From assembly GCA_900617105.1 (NCBI GenBank), contig UYFQ01000049.1:1-44523 (forward strand): a stretch of 44,523 nt of DNA, written 5' to 3'. How positions within the stretch are numbered: position 1 is the stretch's first letter; every line of letters begins with the position of its first letter. Both the position numbers and the translations under genes were made by a program. The notes under the pieces were generated by a model that saw only the letters and a list, made by a program, of their open reading frames with translations, had not been told where the DNA came from and did not search any database. Below, in pieces: positions 1-9,779 of this stretch. Origin of the DNA: Hydrurus foetidus. Lineage: Eukaryota.

Positions 1-2064
1 AAGTTCTCAACATCGTCAGATGGATACACGTAGGTAGCTGCCCCGGGGTTGTTGGTGTCCCGGGTAAGTTCCCCGTTGATGTACACATTTGGTACGAAGA
101 ATTCGTGACCAATCCGTTTGAAGTCCCTTTGCTCCTCAGACTGCGACCAAGTGCGATGGCTACGGTTGCAGTGAGGGTTCATGTGGTTTTGGCATTCGTA
201 ACGGTTGTGTCCCTTTTTGCCACAGGTGTGACAGAAGTTGGTCGCCCGGCTGAGGCCGGACGACTCAGGGTCCACCTGACGTTTTGGGATTGCCTTGTAG
301 GCGTTAGCCGAGTGGCTGTCACGGTGAGGTGCGACCTCAACGTCGTCTTGGTCGGTTGGCGTTAGCTTTGACTCGAAGACGAAGTCGAGACCTCCCATGT
401 CCTCCGCGTCTTTGATCATCTGGCGTGCTTCGCCCAGCATGACGACAAGACGCGTGAGCATTTTGAAGATGGTATCTTTCCCGGTCTTTTTCGTCTTACG
501 TTTTGTCTTTGCCATGAAATTGTCTGTAAACTTGTTGTTCTTTGGCAGCTTCTTGTAGAAGGCCTTACAGATATCATTTTGCATGTCGGCATCGATATTG
601 TCGTATGACGTCCAGAATCCGAGTAGGATGTCACGGAACTCAGAGAGAGCTCTGTCTTCAACAGAAGGATCTTTCCAGCTGATGCGGAATTTGCAATTCT
701 TCAACTTCATTTCGAAGTCGAAATGGGAAGACGTACGTTTGTTTTTGTAAAAGATCTTTTTAAGATCATTTGCAATGTTCTTTAACGTTAACGTTTTGCC
801 TTCAACCGTTGGCCAGGCGAGACAAGTCTTTGTGTTGTAACCTGTCTCGCTTTTGCATCGAAGCAACTGGTCGCGGATCGTTTGGATGGCATCCATTTCG
901 ATTAGCATTGCCCAACTGGTTAACATACCGGGGCGGTATGCTTGTTCGTAAAACGCTCTTGCTGCTTTATCAGCGTCGTCGAGGAGTTTATCTCGAGTGA
1001 GGTAGTACGCCTCCTTCATGTTGATGATGGAGGTTTGCAAACCCGCTTTGCGTTGTGGAGGGGAATCCTCTTCCGAGTTTTCCGCCTTTTGCGCGCGGTG
1101 TGTTTTACCGGATTTGGCATCGGTTTTGGTTTTCACCTTTTTGTCCTTTGGGGCGGGTTTGGGACCCGGCTTTGGGGACTTTTCTTGGCGAGGGGTTTTA
1201 TCTTAAGGGATTTCTTGTCCTTGGGCTTAGACTTTTCGGGTTCGACCTCCTCGTCGTCTTCGACTTCGACTTCAGCTTTCGCCTCATCGTCGTCGCTGTT
1301 GTCGTTCCCGTCGTCGTCCCCGTCACCCTCTCCGTCGTCCCCGTCGCCACTACTTGCGTCGGACTCGTCGGAGGAGCTGTCGGGGTTGCCACCATCGCCT
1401 CCCGTGTCGTTAACGTCGTCGACGTTACTGTCGTTCTCGTCGTCGGACTCGTCGGGGGGTTTGTCGTCGTCGTTGTTGTTGGCATTGTCGTCACCGTCGG
1501 CGTCAGCCTCCGGATCTGACTCGGCGTCGGCCTCGGCCTTGCCGGTGTCGGATGCCTTTTTGTTGTGACTTTGGCGTCGACTGATGGTTCGAACAGATCG
1601 TCCTCTGCACCGATCTGTTGCAGTCGCGGAGGGAGTATCGAGATTTCTCCCCCTCTTTTTAAGTACCCGCGGGTATCGAGGGGAGAGTCTGTCTCGCCCT
1701 CGGCTTCCTCGGGTGCCAACCCGAGGAGCTCGTCGTTTGAGGGCTCTAAAGCGTCGGCAGCAGCTTGTGCAGCAGCTATTTGTGCTTGCTCTAGCTTGTG
1801 AGCTGCTTGCATTTCTTTTGTTGCTGCTATGATGCTTTGTAAGAAAATTTCTGCGTCCTCAAGACGAGTTGGGGTAGCCGAAACATGTATTGCTTCTTTG
1901 GCCAGAGCCTGTATCGATTTCTCGATGTTTTGCTTTACAAGGGCCTGCTCCGCTTTGTGCTTTTCCTTCTCAGTGAGAGGAGCACTGCGCGAAGCGCTTG
2001 GAGCTGAAGAAGTAGAGGCGGCTGCGTTAGCAGCCGCTTTCTTCTTTATTTGGGCCCTTGTCAT
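1..2064 (-). pseudogene. Gag-like protein of element A, interrupted by two apparent 1-bp deletions (~1558 and ~1202)
   Basis: Manual translation gives MTRAQIKKK..., then an acidic D/E tract (1560-1205), then a frame open from ~1200 to base 1. That frame contains CHTCGKKGHNRYEC (C-X2-C-X4-H-X4-C, 233-192). It is absent from the ORF track because it has no stop inside the window. Confidence 0.8.
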
Positions 2065-2708
2065 GGGACTTTTGTCTTGAGCTTGAAACGTCTTGATCTT
2101 GGGGTCTTGGACAGCGACGGAACTCGGACGCGGCTCTCTATGGAGCTGAGGATGTGATCCCGCAGCTATGATGTCGTGGGATCGTAGGATCCTTTAAACG
2201 ATGGAGCTTTTGGTGGTTTACTTTTGCGCGATTTCGTCGGAAATCGCTCGAAAAGTTGCCTGGCGTTTTGAACCTATCAAGGAGCTAAACAGCGGGCGTT
2301 TTGGCCAGCTTTCGTTTCTCTAACGATGGGACTTGCTTTTGCTCGACTCAGAGCTACTTGCTTCGTTAGGCTTCGAGTTTTGAAGCCGTCACGATTTTGT
2401 CGCGAAAATATCGACGACTCGAACTTTTTAACGAAAGCGTTTCAGAGGCTGTCGGTTAGACGTAGCCTTTGTAGTGTCTTTCGACGTTGTTTTCACTTGT
2501 TTCCAAGTTACTAGCTTGTTTGCACGCCGTTTTACGGGTCGTGGCGATGTTTTGGGAACGCGTTTTGGAACTGGTCTCTAAAAAGAGCACCAAGTTGGTC
2601 CAAATACTAGTATTATGGCCTAACTCTGGGCTCAGCGGTGGGTCTGATGGAACGGGGCGCGTGGGCAAGGGGAAGGCAGCTGGTGTGCTGGTGCTATTGC
2701 TAAAGAGA

Positions 2709-2830
2709 TGTGGTTAGCTTACAGATAAACACAGCGATAAGCAAGTCATGAATCGGATGGCTCGGATCGTCCCCGATCCGAACCGAACGTACGCCTGTAC
2801 CCGTACAGCTGTACAGCTGTGCGGGTCACA
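2709..2830 (-). repeat. Candidate short terminal repeat/LTR of element A (TGTG...CACA, 122 bp)
   Basis: The reverse complement reads TGTGACCCGC...GTAAGCTAACCACA and closely matches 43023-43146. Similarity falls right after ACCACA. The second LTR is outside the window, so the inner boundary is unconfirmed. Confidence 0.55.
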
Positions 2831-3909
2831 GCATGCTGAACAATATCTACCGGATGGCAGTTGGGCATGTCTGCTCTTCTGTGTGATGAGTCATCTAAAT
2901 CAAGAAATCGAGAGAGCAGAGGATCGAGAGCTCCAAATTATTCTAAATTTTGAAATTTCGGTGAGTCCAAGTTCTCGAGTCGGTTTTTAAAAAATTATTG
3001 AAGATTCTGTTCTCAATTCTCTGCGACTGTGTCTTCTGTCTTCATCACTTCTGTACATCGTGAAAACGTCACCATCGCTGCGGTTAACTTCACACAGTAA
3101 GTGCCCGCAAGCATCTCTTCATGTGGCGCAAAAGCGCGGCCTACATCTTACTTCATCTGTCACTCCGCAGCAGCGAAACAATGGTAAGCCTTTCCCATGA
3201 ACTAAAAAGCGATTGCTGTTCTGACTGATGATGAACCACTTATAAATAGGGCACCGGGCCATCAAAAGGTTTCGGAGAGGCGTCAACTAAAGTTCTCATG
3301 AAGAAGGTTGACATCTCAGCATCTGGTGATAGAGAGGTTGCTCATTTTGCCGCTGGCTGCTTCTGGAGTGTCGAAATGGTTTTCCAAAGAATTCCTGGTG
3401 TCATCTCCACCGAAGTTGGTTACTCTCAAGGGTCCAAAATCAATCCAACATATGAGCAGGTATGTTCAGGATCAACTGGTCATACGGAGGCCGTGAAGGT
3501 GACCTACGACTCGACGGCAATAAAATACGACGATCTATTGACTGTCTACTGGGACATACTAGATCCTACCACCAAAAACAGACAGGGAGGTGATACTGGC
3601 ACTCAATATAGGTCTGGCATATACTACACAACAGAGAATCAGCGAATTTCAGCGGAGTCTTCAAGAGAAACACAGCAGAAGAAATACGTGAATCCAATCG
3701 TCACTGAAATATATCCCGCAAAAGATTGGTATGCAGCCGAAAAGTACCATCAGCAGTATTTACAGAAAGGAGGTCAATGTGCTGTCAAAGGAGACCTCAC
3801 GCCAATACGATGCTACGGATGATACATTACTCAACAAGCTGACGCACTTCAAGTTGTCACAATGTAGACCATTTCCATTTCTAGTGCACGGCCGAATAGA
3901 AAGATATGC
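2831..3909 (+). repeat. Segmental duplicate copy 1 of the msrA locus
   Basis: Direct repeat of 8439-9516. By eye I found about five differences (one 1-bp indel, four substitutions). Confidence 0.97.
3121..3822 (+). CDS. msrA: Peptide methionine sulfoxide reductase A, copy 1 (exons 3121 or 3181-3183, and 3250-3822)
   Basis: Motifs: GCFW active site, YEQVCSGSTGHTE, QYRSGIY, AEKYHQQY and C-terminal IRCYG. A phase-0 intron GTAAGC...AATAG (3184-3249) joins ATG to GGC ACC GGG CCA TCA, in frame with ORF 3298-3822. Confidence 0.95.
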
Positions 3910-6125
3910 ATTAGTCTTTCTGCTAGGGGTAGTTTTGCGGTTGTAGGCTTTGGGTTGACCTGACTTTGCGACAGCAGGGACAGATGGCGGTTTTAGAAGT
4001 AGGCCATACGTGGGCGGATCAGACTCGGTTGGGAAACTTAAGGCGGTTGGTATGAGGATGTCGAACTTATATTTATTTAGGGACAGACGTCCAATGATCA
4101 GGTCCACGAAGGAATCAGGGTTGACTCGGGCCTGGAGATAAACCGTGCGGAACTTGTTCTCTTTACAAAGAAAAGTTACGCCTATGTCGACTACTGCAGT
4201 ACTAACAAAACTTTCGCTGTTGAGACCAGAGCACACTGTCATGGGCTCGTCAGACTTATACATGTGTGCCGAAGCACCTAGGCGAATCATGAAAGCTTCA
4301 GAAATAAAATCTCCGGCCACAGCTTCGGAGCCTGGATCTCCCTGGTTTGCACGACCGAGGGATCTGTGCACCCCTTAGGCTGTGAAGCAAAAACGGTAAT
4401 AGAGAGGCAATCTTTAGCAGTCAGAAGATGGTCGACATTGTCCACAAACAGTGGTATGACAGGCGGCATCTCGAATGATGAGGGTGGGGTAAGCATCGCA
4501 TTCATCAACACAACCTGTCAAGTCGAGGAGCAATGGTGGCAGCAACAGTAGTCATCATGGTGTTCTTACTTCTCTTTGGGGAGCGGTCGCGTGGTACAGA
4601 GCGCTCGCGTGGCTTGGACCTCTCGCGCTCGCAGTCTGGAGCGCGGTCCCTGGTGGAGGACCGGTCTCTGGCCAAGGATCGATCTCTCGCCCTGCTCGGC
4701 TTACGGTACACAGGGCGTGAGCGGTCAGTCTGGCGGCAGCGATTTGAGCCATGGTGGTTGCCACTCCTTTTATCTTCCTGCTTCACCTGCATCGTGGAGC
4801 GGCGGTCCTCGGCCCAGTCATCATGGGATGACCCTCCGTAACGAGAACGTTAGTACTTACGGTCCTCTTTTTCCTTAGCCTTGAGGTCTCGCAGTGGTAA
4901 CCACTTTCTCTCTTCCGTTCCCGGTAGGACTCTGTCGATCTGAAAAGATGGATATCCCCAGTACTTCCATGAATGTCCTGCCTTGGAAGCAACCCAGTCC
5001 ACGGAGTGGTCAGTTTTGGTCCCTGGGCAGTCGATGTATGGACAATTCTTGAGGGAATGGTCCCTTCCACAGTTGCGACAGCCTGGGGCGACGATTGAAA
5101 CCGCCTCAGATCGGGGCTGTTCTCCACGGTGAAGTGGTTGCGGGAATGGAGAGGTCTTCTTGACAGGCTGAGCGACCGTCTTGTAACGGGGAGCATCAGG
5201 TGGATACGAGTACATGACAGCTGGGTTGCCATGCTTGGTCACTTTCATCTGCGCTCGTCTCGCATTGTTGAGCACCTTGATGAAGCGGACGAGGCAGGAC
5301 CTCCATGTCTCCTCATCCCTGAGGTTCTCTACCAGCTTGAGCTGCAGGTAGTCAGTCTGGATCTGGCTTCCTGGGGGCTGGGGGGAAGCTTTTCTCCACT
5401 AACTTGACTAGGTCCCGCTTCTGCTCCAACGTCATCTGGGGGTGTTCCATCGCAAATGTGCGAGCCACGGTGGTGTACTCACGTATTGTCTGGAGTTCCA
5501 GATTGGGATCGTCGTAACAGTACTGGAAGGCCGCCTTCTCGAATGCCTGGGACAGGGTCTCCCCCATCTCCGGTCGCATCCCGAAGTACCTGACGACGAG
5601 TTCTGCAATCGTCAGGATGGGTAGCTCTTTTCAGTTCGCAAGCTGTGCTGGTGAGAGGTGCTTTATGGTGTCGTCCGTCATGATTCGGATGTCCAAAGCG
5701 TCCACCGCTTCCTCTCTCATGACTTGGTTCAGCTCGATCCCGTCTCCCTGACTGTTGGCCTGCTCGAGGAACTCCTTTGCTGCTTGAGGAGTAATCTGAG
5801 AATCCTCGATCACGAAGAGCGGCTTCTGCAACTTAAGAGCTCTGTTGAGTTTCTTCTGTTTGAACTGCTCTGTTCCTCCAGGCATCTGAGCACTGCTGTA
5901 CGGGAGCGTGTACTTGTCGGATAAGAACGATGCGTTCATATTCATGAGATCATCATCTATGATTCTCTTCGCAAAAGTGTTTTCCGAACTATCATATCCA
6001 TCGTCCACATCTCGTGGCCTCGGCTGCACTGATTGTGATCTCATTGGTGGACGGTGAGCCACTGTCGACGCCGACGAAGACGACGATGAAGACGAAGACG
6101 GGCCGGAAACAGACGTCGGATTCAT
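3910..6125 (-). mobile_element. Degenerate, 3'-truncated LTR-retrotransposon element B (gag plus aspartic protease remnant); its 5' non-coding leader probably extends towards ~7000
   Basis: Five to six minus-strand ORF pieces join across in-frame stops (TGA 5631, TAA 4850) and frameshifts. They contain a knuckle CRNCGRDHSLKNC, RS-rich repeats and retropepsin-like DPGSEAVAGDFISE...DLIIGR. The element ends abruptly at the msrA duplicate boundary. Confidence 0.75.
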
Positions 6126-7283
6126 CGCTTAGATCGCGTCCTAAAACTTTCTTTATACTCTTTTAAAAACCTCTAAGATCCTTCAAATCCTGCAAAAATT
6201 TTGCAAGGGGTTTCCCTATAGCGTCTCCTTAAACGCTGTCCTCGACGGACTTTAGGAAAGTAGAATTAAAAGGTGGATAACAAAAATAAATAAAGGGGCT
6301 GCACAAGTCTTCAAAAAATTGAAGGACAGATCTCCACGAAGAAAGCTCCTGCAACGTTCCACGGTAGCTATAATGACCAGCTAGTGAAGGCTCCTGCTCC
6401 AGCTCCGTCTTTTAGAATTCAGACAAGGGATACTCATGTTCTATCAAATCGGAATTGACTTCGATTCTTCAGCGAGATAAAATATCAAGCTGGGACGGCG
6501 CGGCGGCTGGAAACTTGATGGGCCTTGGTGGGGCCTCTTGAAAACGACTTGAGAGGCTTCCTAGGACGTGGATTGAGACCGCGTAGACAGGAAGTCTAGC
6601 TAGGCTGAAATGGAATGTTGAAGATGGGAGTTGCAGTAGAAATTAGAGGGAAATGGACAAGTAGCGCTACTGTGGTCCGAAGGGGGTTGGAAAGTGGTAG
6701 GTTTGACAAGAAGAGCTCTCTTAGAGTTACAACGGGTTAGAAGCTGTCAGTGGGATAAACAATTGAAAGGTTGCACTGAAAGATTCGCGATGTCAGGATT
6801 GACATCTCAAACTACCATACATCTGCAAGCACGTATGTACCGAAAGAGGTTCCGGGGTCCGGAGACCCTAAAACCACTACAACGGCAGACATGCGGAAGA
6901 AAGATGTTTGCTGACAAATCACTCAGTGTCCTAGAGCCTGCATCCATAAAAGAAGTAAGCGCGGACAAGGATCTACTATCGTGACCCGGGCAGGTGGTCA
7001 GATAGCATTATCTGTGTAAGGCGAACGATAGAAGGATTGGGCATTTCAAGACGAATGTGTTGTTGCTGATCCATTTCTATGCTAGACCAAAGCCAGCAAC
7101 GAAAAAACAGCAAACACTGTTTCCTTCACATCTTAGGCAGCTTTTTTTGGAAGATTACTTTTCTTTTTAGATTATTTCATTGTGGTGTTGCAATCTTGGC
7201 CTCGAGTCGATAGGGGTCACTGAACGCAAGAATATAAAGAGTATCAGAGAGACTTTTTTGATAATTCCCCCAACAGCGAAAAC

Positions 7284-7361
7284 TGACTGAAGCGGGATTC
7301 GAACCCGCGCCCGAAGACTAGTACCTGAAACTAGCGCCTTAGACCACTCGGCCATCCAGCC
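7284..7361 (-). tRNA. tRNA-Leu(CAG)
   Basis: GGCTGGA/TTCAGTC acceptor stem, A-box TGGCCGAGTGG, anticodon arm CTAGT-TT[CAG]GT-ACTAG, T arm GCGGG-TTCGAAT-CCCGC, discriminator A, and a downstream TTTT. Confidence 0.93.
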
Positions 7362-8438
7362 GTGTTCCTGATCGTCTCGAAAAATACAAAAAATCATACT
7401 AAAAATATTAAACTTAACATCTTCCCGCTAACATCATCCCGAAGTGCTTCCCTGAATTTTTCCCCTATTTTCTGTAGACGTCCCGGAATGCGTCTATACA
7501 TATCAACGATAGTAAAAATATTGTGGGAGATATGTATTACATTCGTATTAGATAGGGCCCTTGTTAACTCGCATTCAAATGACATTCATAAGTCTTTGCA
7601 GACTAGGAGCTGTGCGGAGGGAAGGTGTCCGGGGTGACAAATGGCCCAGTGAATGAAGAGAAAATTGATTTGGTCGCTTTTATGGTAAAAAGGCATACAG
7701 TTGACAGGCGTAATGTGCAGATGCAGCTATGCATAACAGGAGATACTCACCGTTGCTGAGTACTCACCGTCTACTCTCAGAGGGCGTGCAGTACTTAAGT
7801 TGTTTTGTTCTTAGTTAGCATAAAAATACTTAGTCGAAGCACCGTACACCTCGAAGTCGTTGGTTTCCTTGAGGCTTGACGGAAAGCGAAACTCCGTCGA
7901 GTAAGTTGGCATGCGCCACGTTACAGTAGCCTCTAGATCAGAAGTATGTTTTGTTGCCGACTTATAGCTGGTAGACAGTACTGACGCTGATTTGGTTAAC
8001 GCGCAGTTGAACGAGAGAGGGACGCAGGTAGACGTCTTCAGTAGCCTTCTTAAACCGCTACCCGCCAAATTGTCGATTACATGTGTAGCCCCCGTGCATA
8101 AGCTACTCATATTCACGGGGCTCTACAGTCCAGTTTTTGAGACTGTTCATGAGCGGATGACGACATGATTCAAAACGAATACGTCTCTTGAAGGCAGAGC
8201 TCGACATAAAATATTTCGGTGATCAACTCTGAGTAACTATGGACAGGCAATCCCTCAAGTAATTTAAAGTCTTAGGTCAGTCTTCCACAAGGTTCAATGC
8301 TGTATTTCGCAACCTGGATGTACATTGGCTCGAAGGTATGCGACGATTTGACACATGTTGGCAATAGGTTTACACACCTCCAGTTCGAGCAGAAAGCTTT
8401 CGTGCTGTCGGTAGGGTGTTATTTGTAGCAAGGAGGGA

Positions 8439-9516
8439 GCATGCTGAACAATATCTACCGGATGGCAGTTGGGCATGTCTGCTCTTCTGTGTGATGAGTC
8501 ATCTAAATCAAGAAATCGAGAGAGCAGAGGATCGAGAGCTCCAAATTATTCTAAATTTTGAAATTTCGGTGAGTCCAAGTTCTCGAGTCGGTTTTTAAAA
8601 ATTATTGAAGATTCTGTTCTCAATTCTCTGCGACTGTGTCTTCTGTCTTCTTCACTTCTGTACATCGTGAAAACGTCACCATCGCTGCGGTTAACTTCAC
8701 ACAGTAAGTGCCCGCAAGCATCTCTTCATGTGGCGCAAAAGCGCGGCCTACATCTTACTTCATCTGTCACTCCGCAGCAGCGAAACAATGGTAAGCCCTT
8801 CCCATGAACTAAAAAGCGATTGCTGTTCTGACTGATGATGAACCACTTATAAATAGGGCACCGGGCCATCAAAAGGTTTCGGAGAGGCGTCAACTAAAGT
8901 TCTCATGAAGAAGGTTGACATCTCAGCATCTGGTGATAGAGAGGTTGCTCATTTTGCCGCTGGCTGCTTCTGGAGTGTCGAAATGGTTTTCCAAAGAATT
9001 CCTGGTGTCATCTCCACCGAAGTTGGTTACACTCAAGGGTCCAAAATCAATCCAACATATGAGCAGGTATGTTCAGGATCAACTGGTCATACGGAGGCTG
9101 TGAAGGTGACCTACGACTCGACGGCAATAAAATACGACGATCTATTGACTGTCTACTGGGACATACTAGATCCTACCACCAAAAACAGACAGGGAGGTGA
9201 TACTGGCACTCAATATAGGTCTGGCATATACTACACAACAGAGAATCAGCGAATTTCAGCGGAGTCTTCAAGAGAAACACAGCAGAAGAAATACGTGAAT
9301 CCAATCGTCACTGAAATATATCCCGCAAAAGATTGGTATGCAGCCGAAAAGTACCATCAGCAGTATTTACAGAAAGGAGGTCAATGTGCTGTCAAAGGAG
9401 ACCTCACGCCAATACGATGCTACGGATGATACATTACTCAACAAGCTGACGCACTTCAAGTTGTCACAATGTAGACCATTTCCATTTCTAGTGCACGGCC
9501 GAATAGAAAGATATGC
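8439..9516 (+). repeat. Segmental duplicate copy 2 of the msrA locus
   Basis: Direct repeat of 2831-3909. The shared sequence ends at AAGATATGC. Confidence 0.97.
8728..9429 (+). CDS. msrA: Peptide methionine sulfoxide reductase A, copy 2 (exons 8728 or 8788-8790, and 8857-9429)
   Basis: Same motifs and intron (8791-8856) as copy 1. One amino-acid difference: GYTQG here versus GYSQG. Confidence 0.95.
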
Positions 9517-9634
9517 GACATGCTTTCTTTCTTTCCATCTTACATTATCAACTCGTGCTGGAATCTGTTGATTTTTTCAAAAAACTTAAACACCGTTTAT
9601 TACTTCTTCCGTAAAACTATTTTATACTGGGTGA

Positions 9635-9752
9635 CATAGACCGCAATGGTCGACATTGCTTCTCTCCACGACCATAGACCGCAATGGTCGACATTGCTTC
9701 TCTCCACGACCATAGACCGCAATGGTCGACATTGCTTCTCTCCACGACCATA
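9635..9752. repeat. 38-bp tandem repeat x3 (CATAGACCGCAATGGTCGACATTGCTTCTCTCCACGAC)
   Basis: Exact copies start at 9635, 9673 and 9711, with no spacers. Confidence 0.95.
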
Positions 9753-9779
9753 ACAGTGATGTGCATACGGACCACTCTC

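Larger units (their letters stand above)
1..2830 (-). mobile_element. LTR-retrotransposon-like element A, 5' portion (continues off the left edge)
   Basis: The minus strand starts TGTGACCCGC at 2830. Its terminus and leader align with element C at 43023+. It encodes a Gag-like protein with a CCHC zinc knuckle. No RT or integrase is visible in the window, so the superfamily is inferred. Confidence 0.8.

Noticed and set aside
1198..1560. Thr-rich mucin-like C-terminus of ORF 1198-2064
   Set aside because: It is the shifted reading of an acidic GAC-rich tract. The homologous element C has the acidic version in frame.
3355..3366. Selenocysteine-type MsrA
   Set aside because: The active-site codon is TGC (Cys) in both copies.
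5631..5633. In-frame TGA in element B as recoding (Trp, Sec or readthrough)
   Set aside because: The same element has a TAA stop and several frameshifts, and host genes use TGA as a stop, so decay explains it.
7014..7042. Resemblance to a large-subunit rRNA segment (GTAAAGCGAATGATTAGAGG-like)
   Set aside because: The match is short and mismatched, with no flanking rRNA similarity.
7811..8116. 101-aa minus-strand ORF as a gene
   Set aside because: No recognisable motif, and I could not build a consistent exon chain.
9635..9752. CRISPR-like array (palindromic ~38-bp repeat)
   Set aside because: The copies are head-to-tail with no spacers, there are no cas genes, and the context is eukaryotic.
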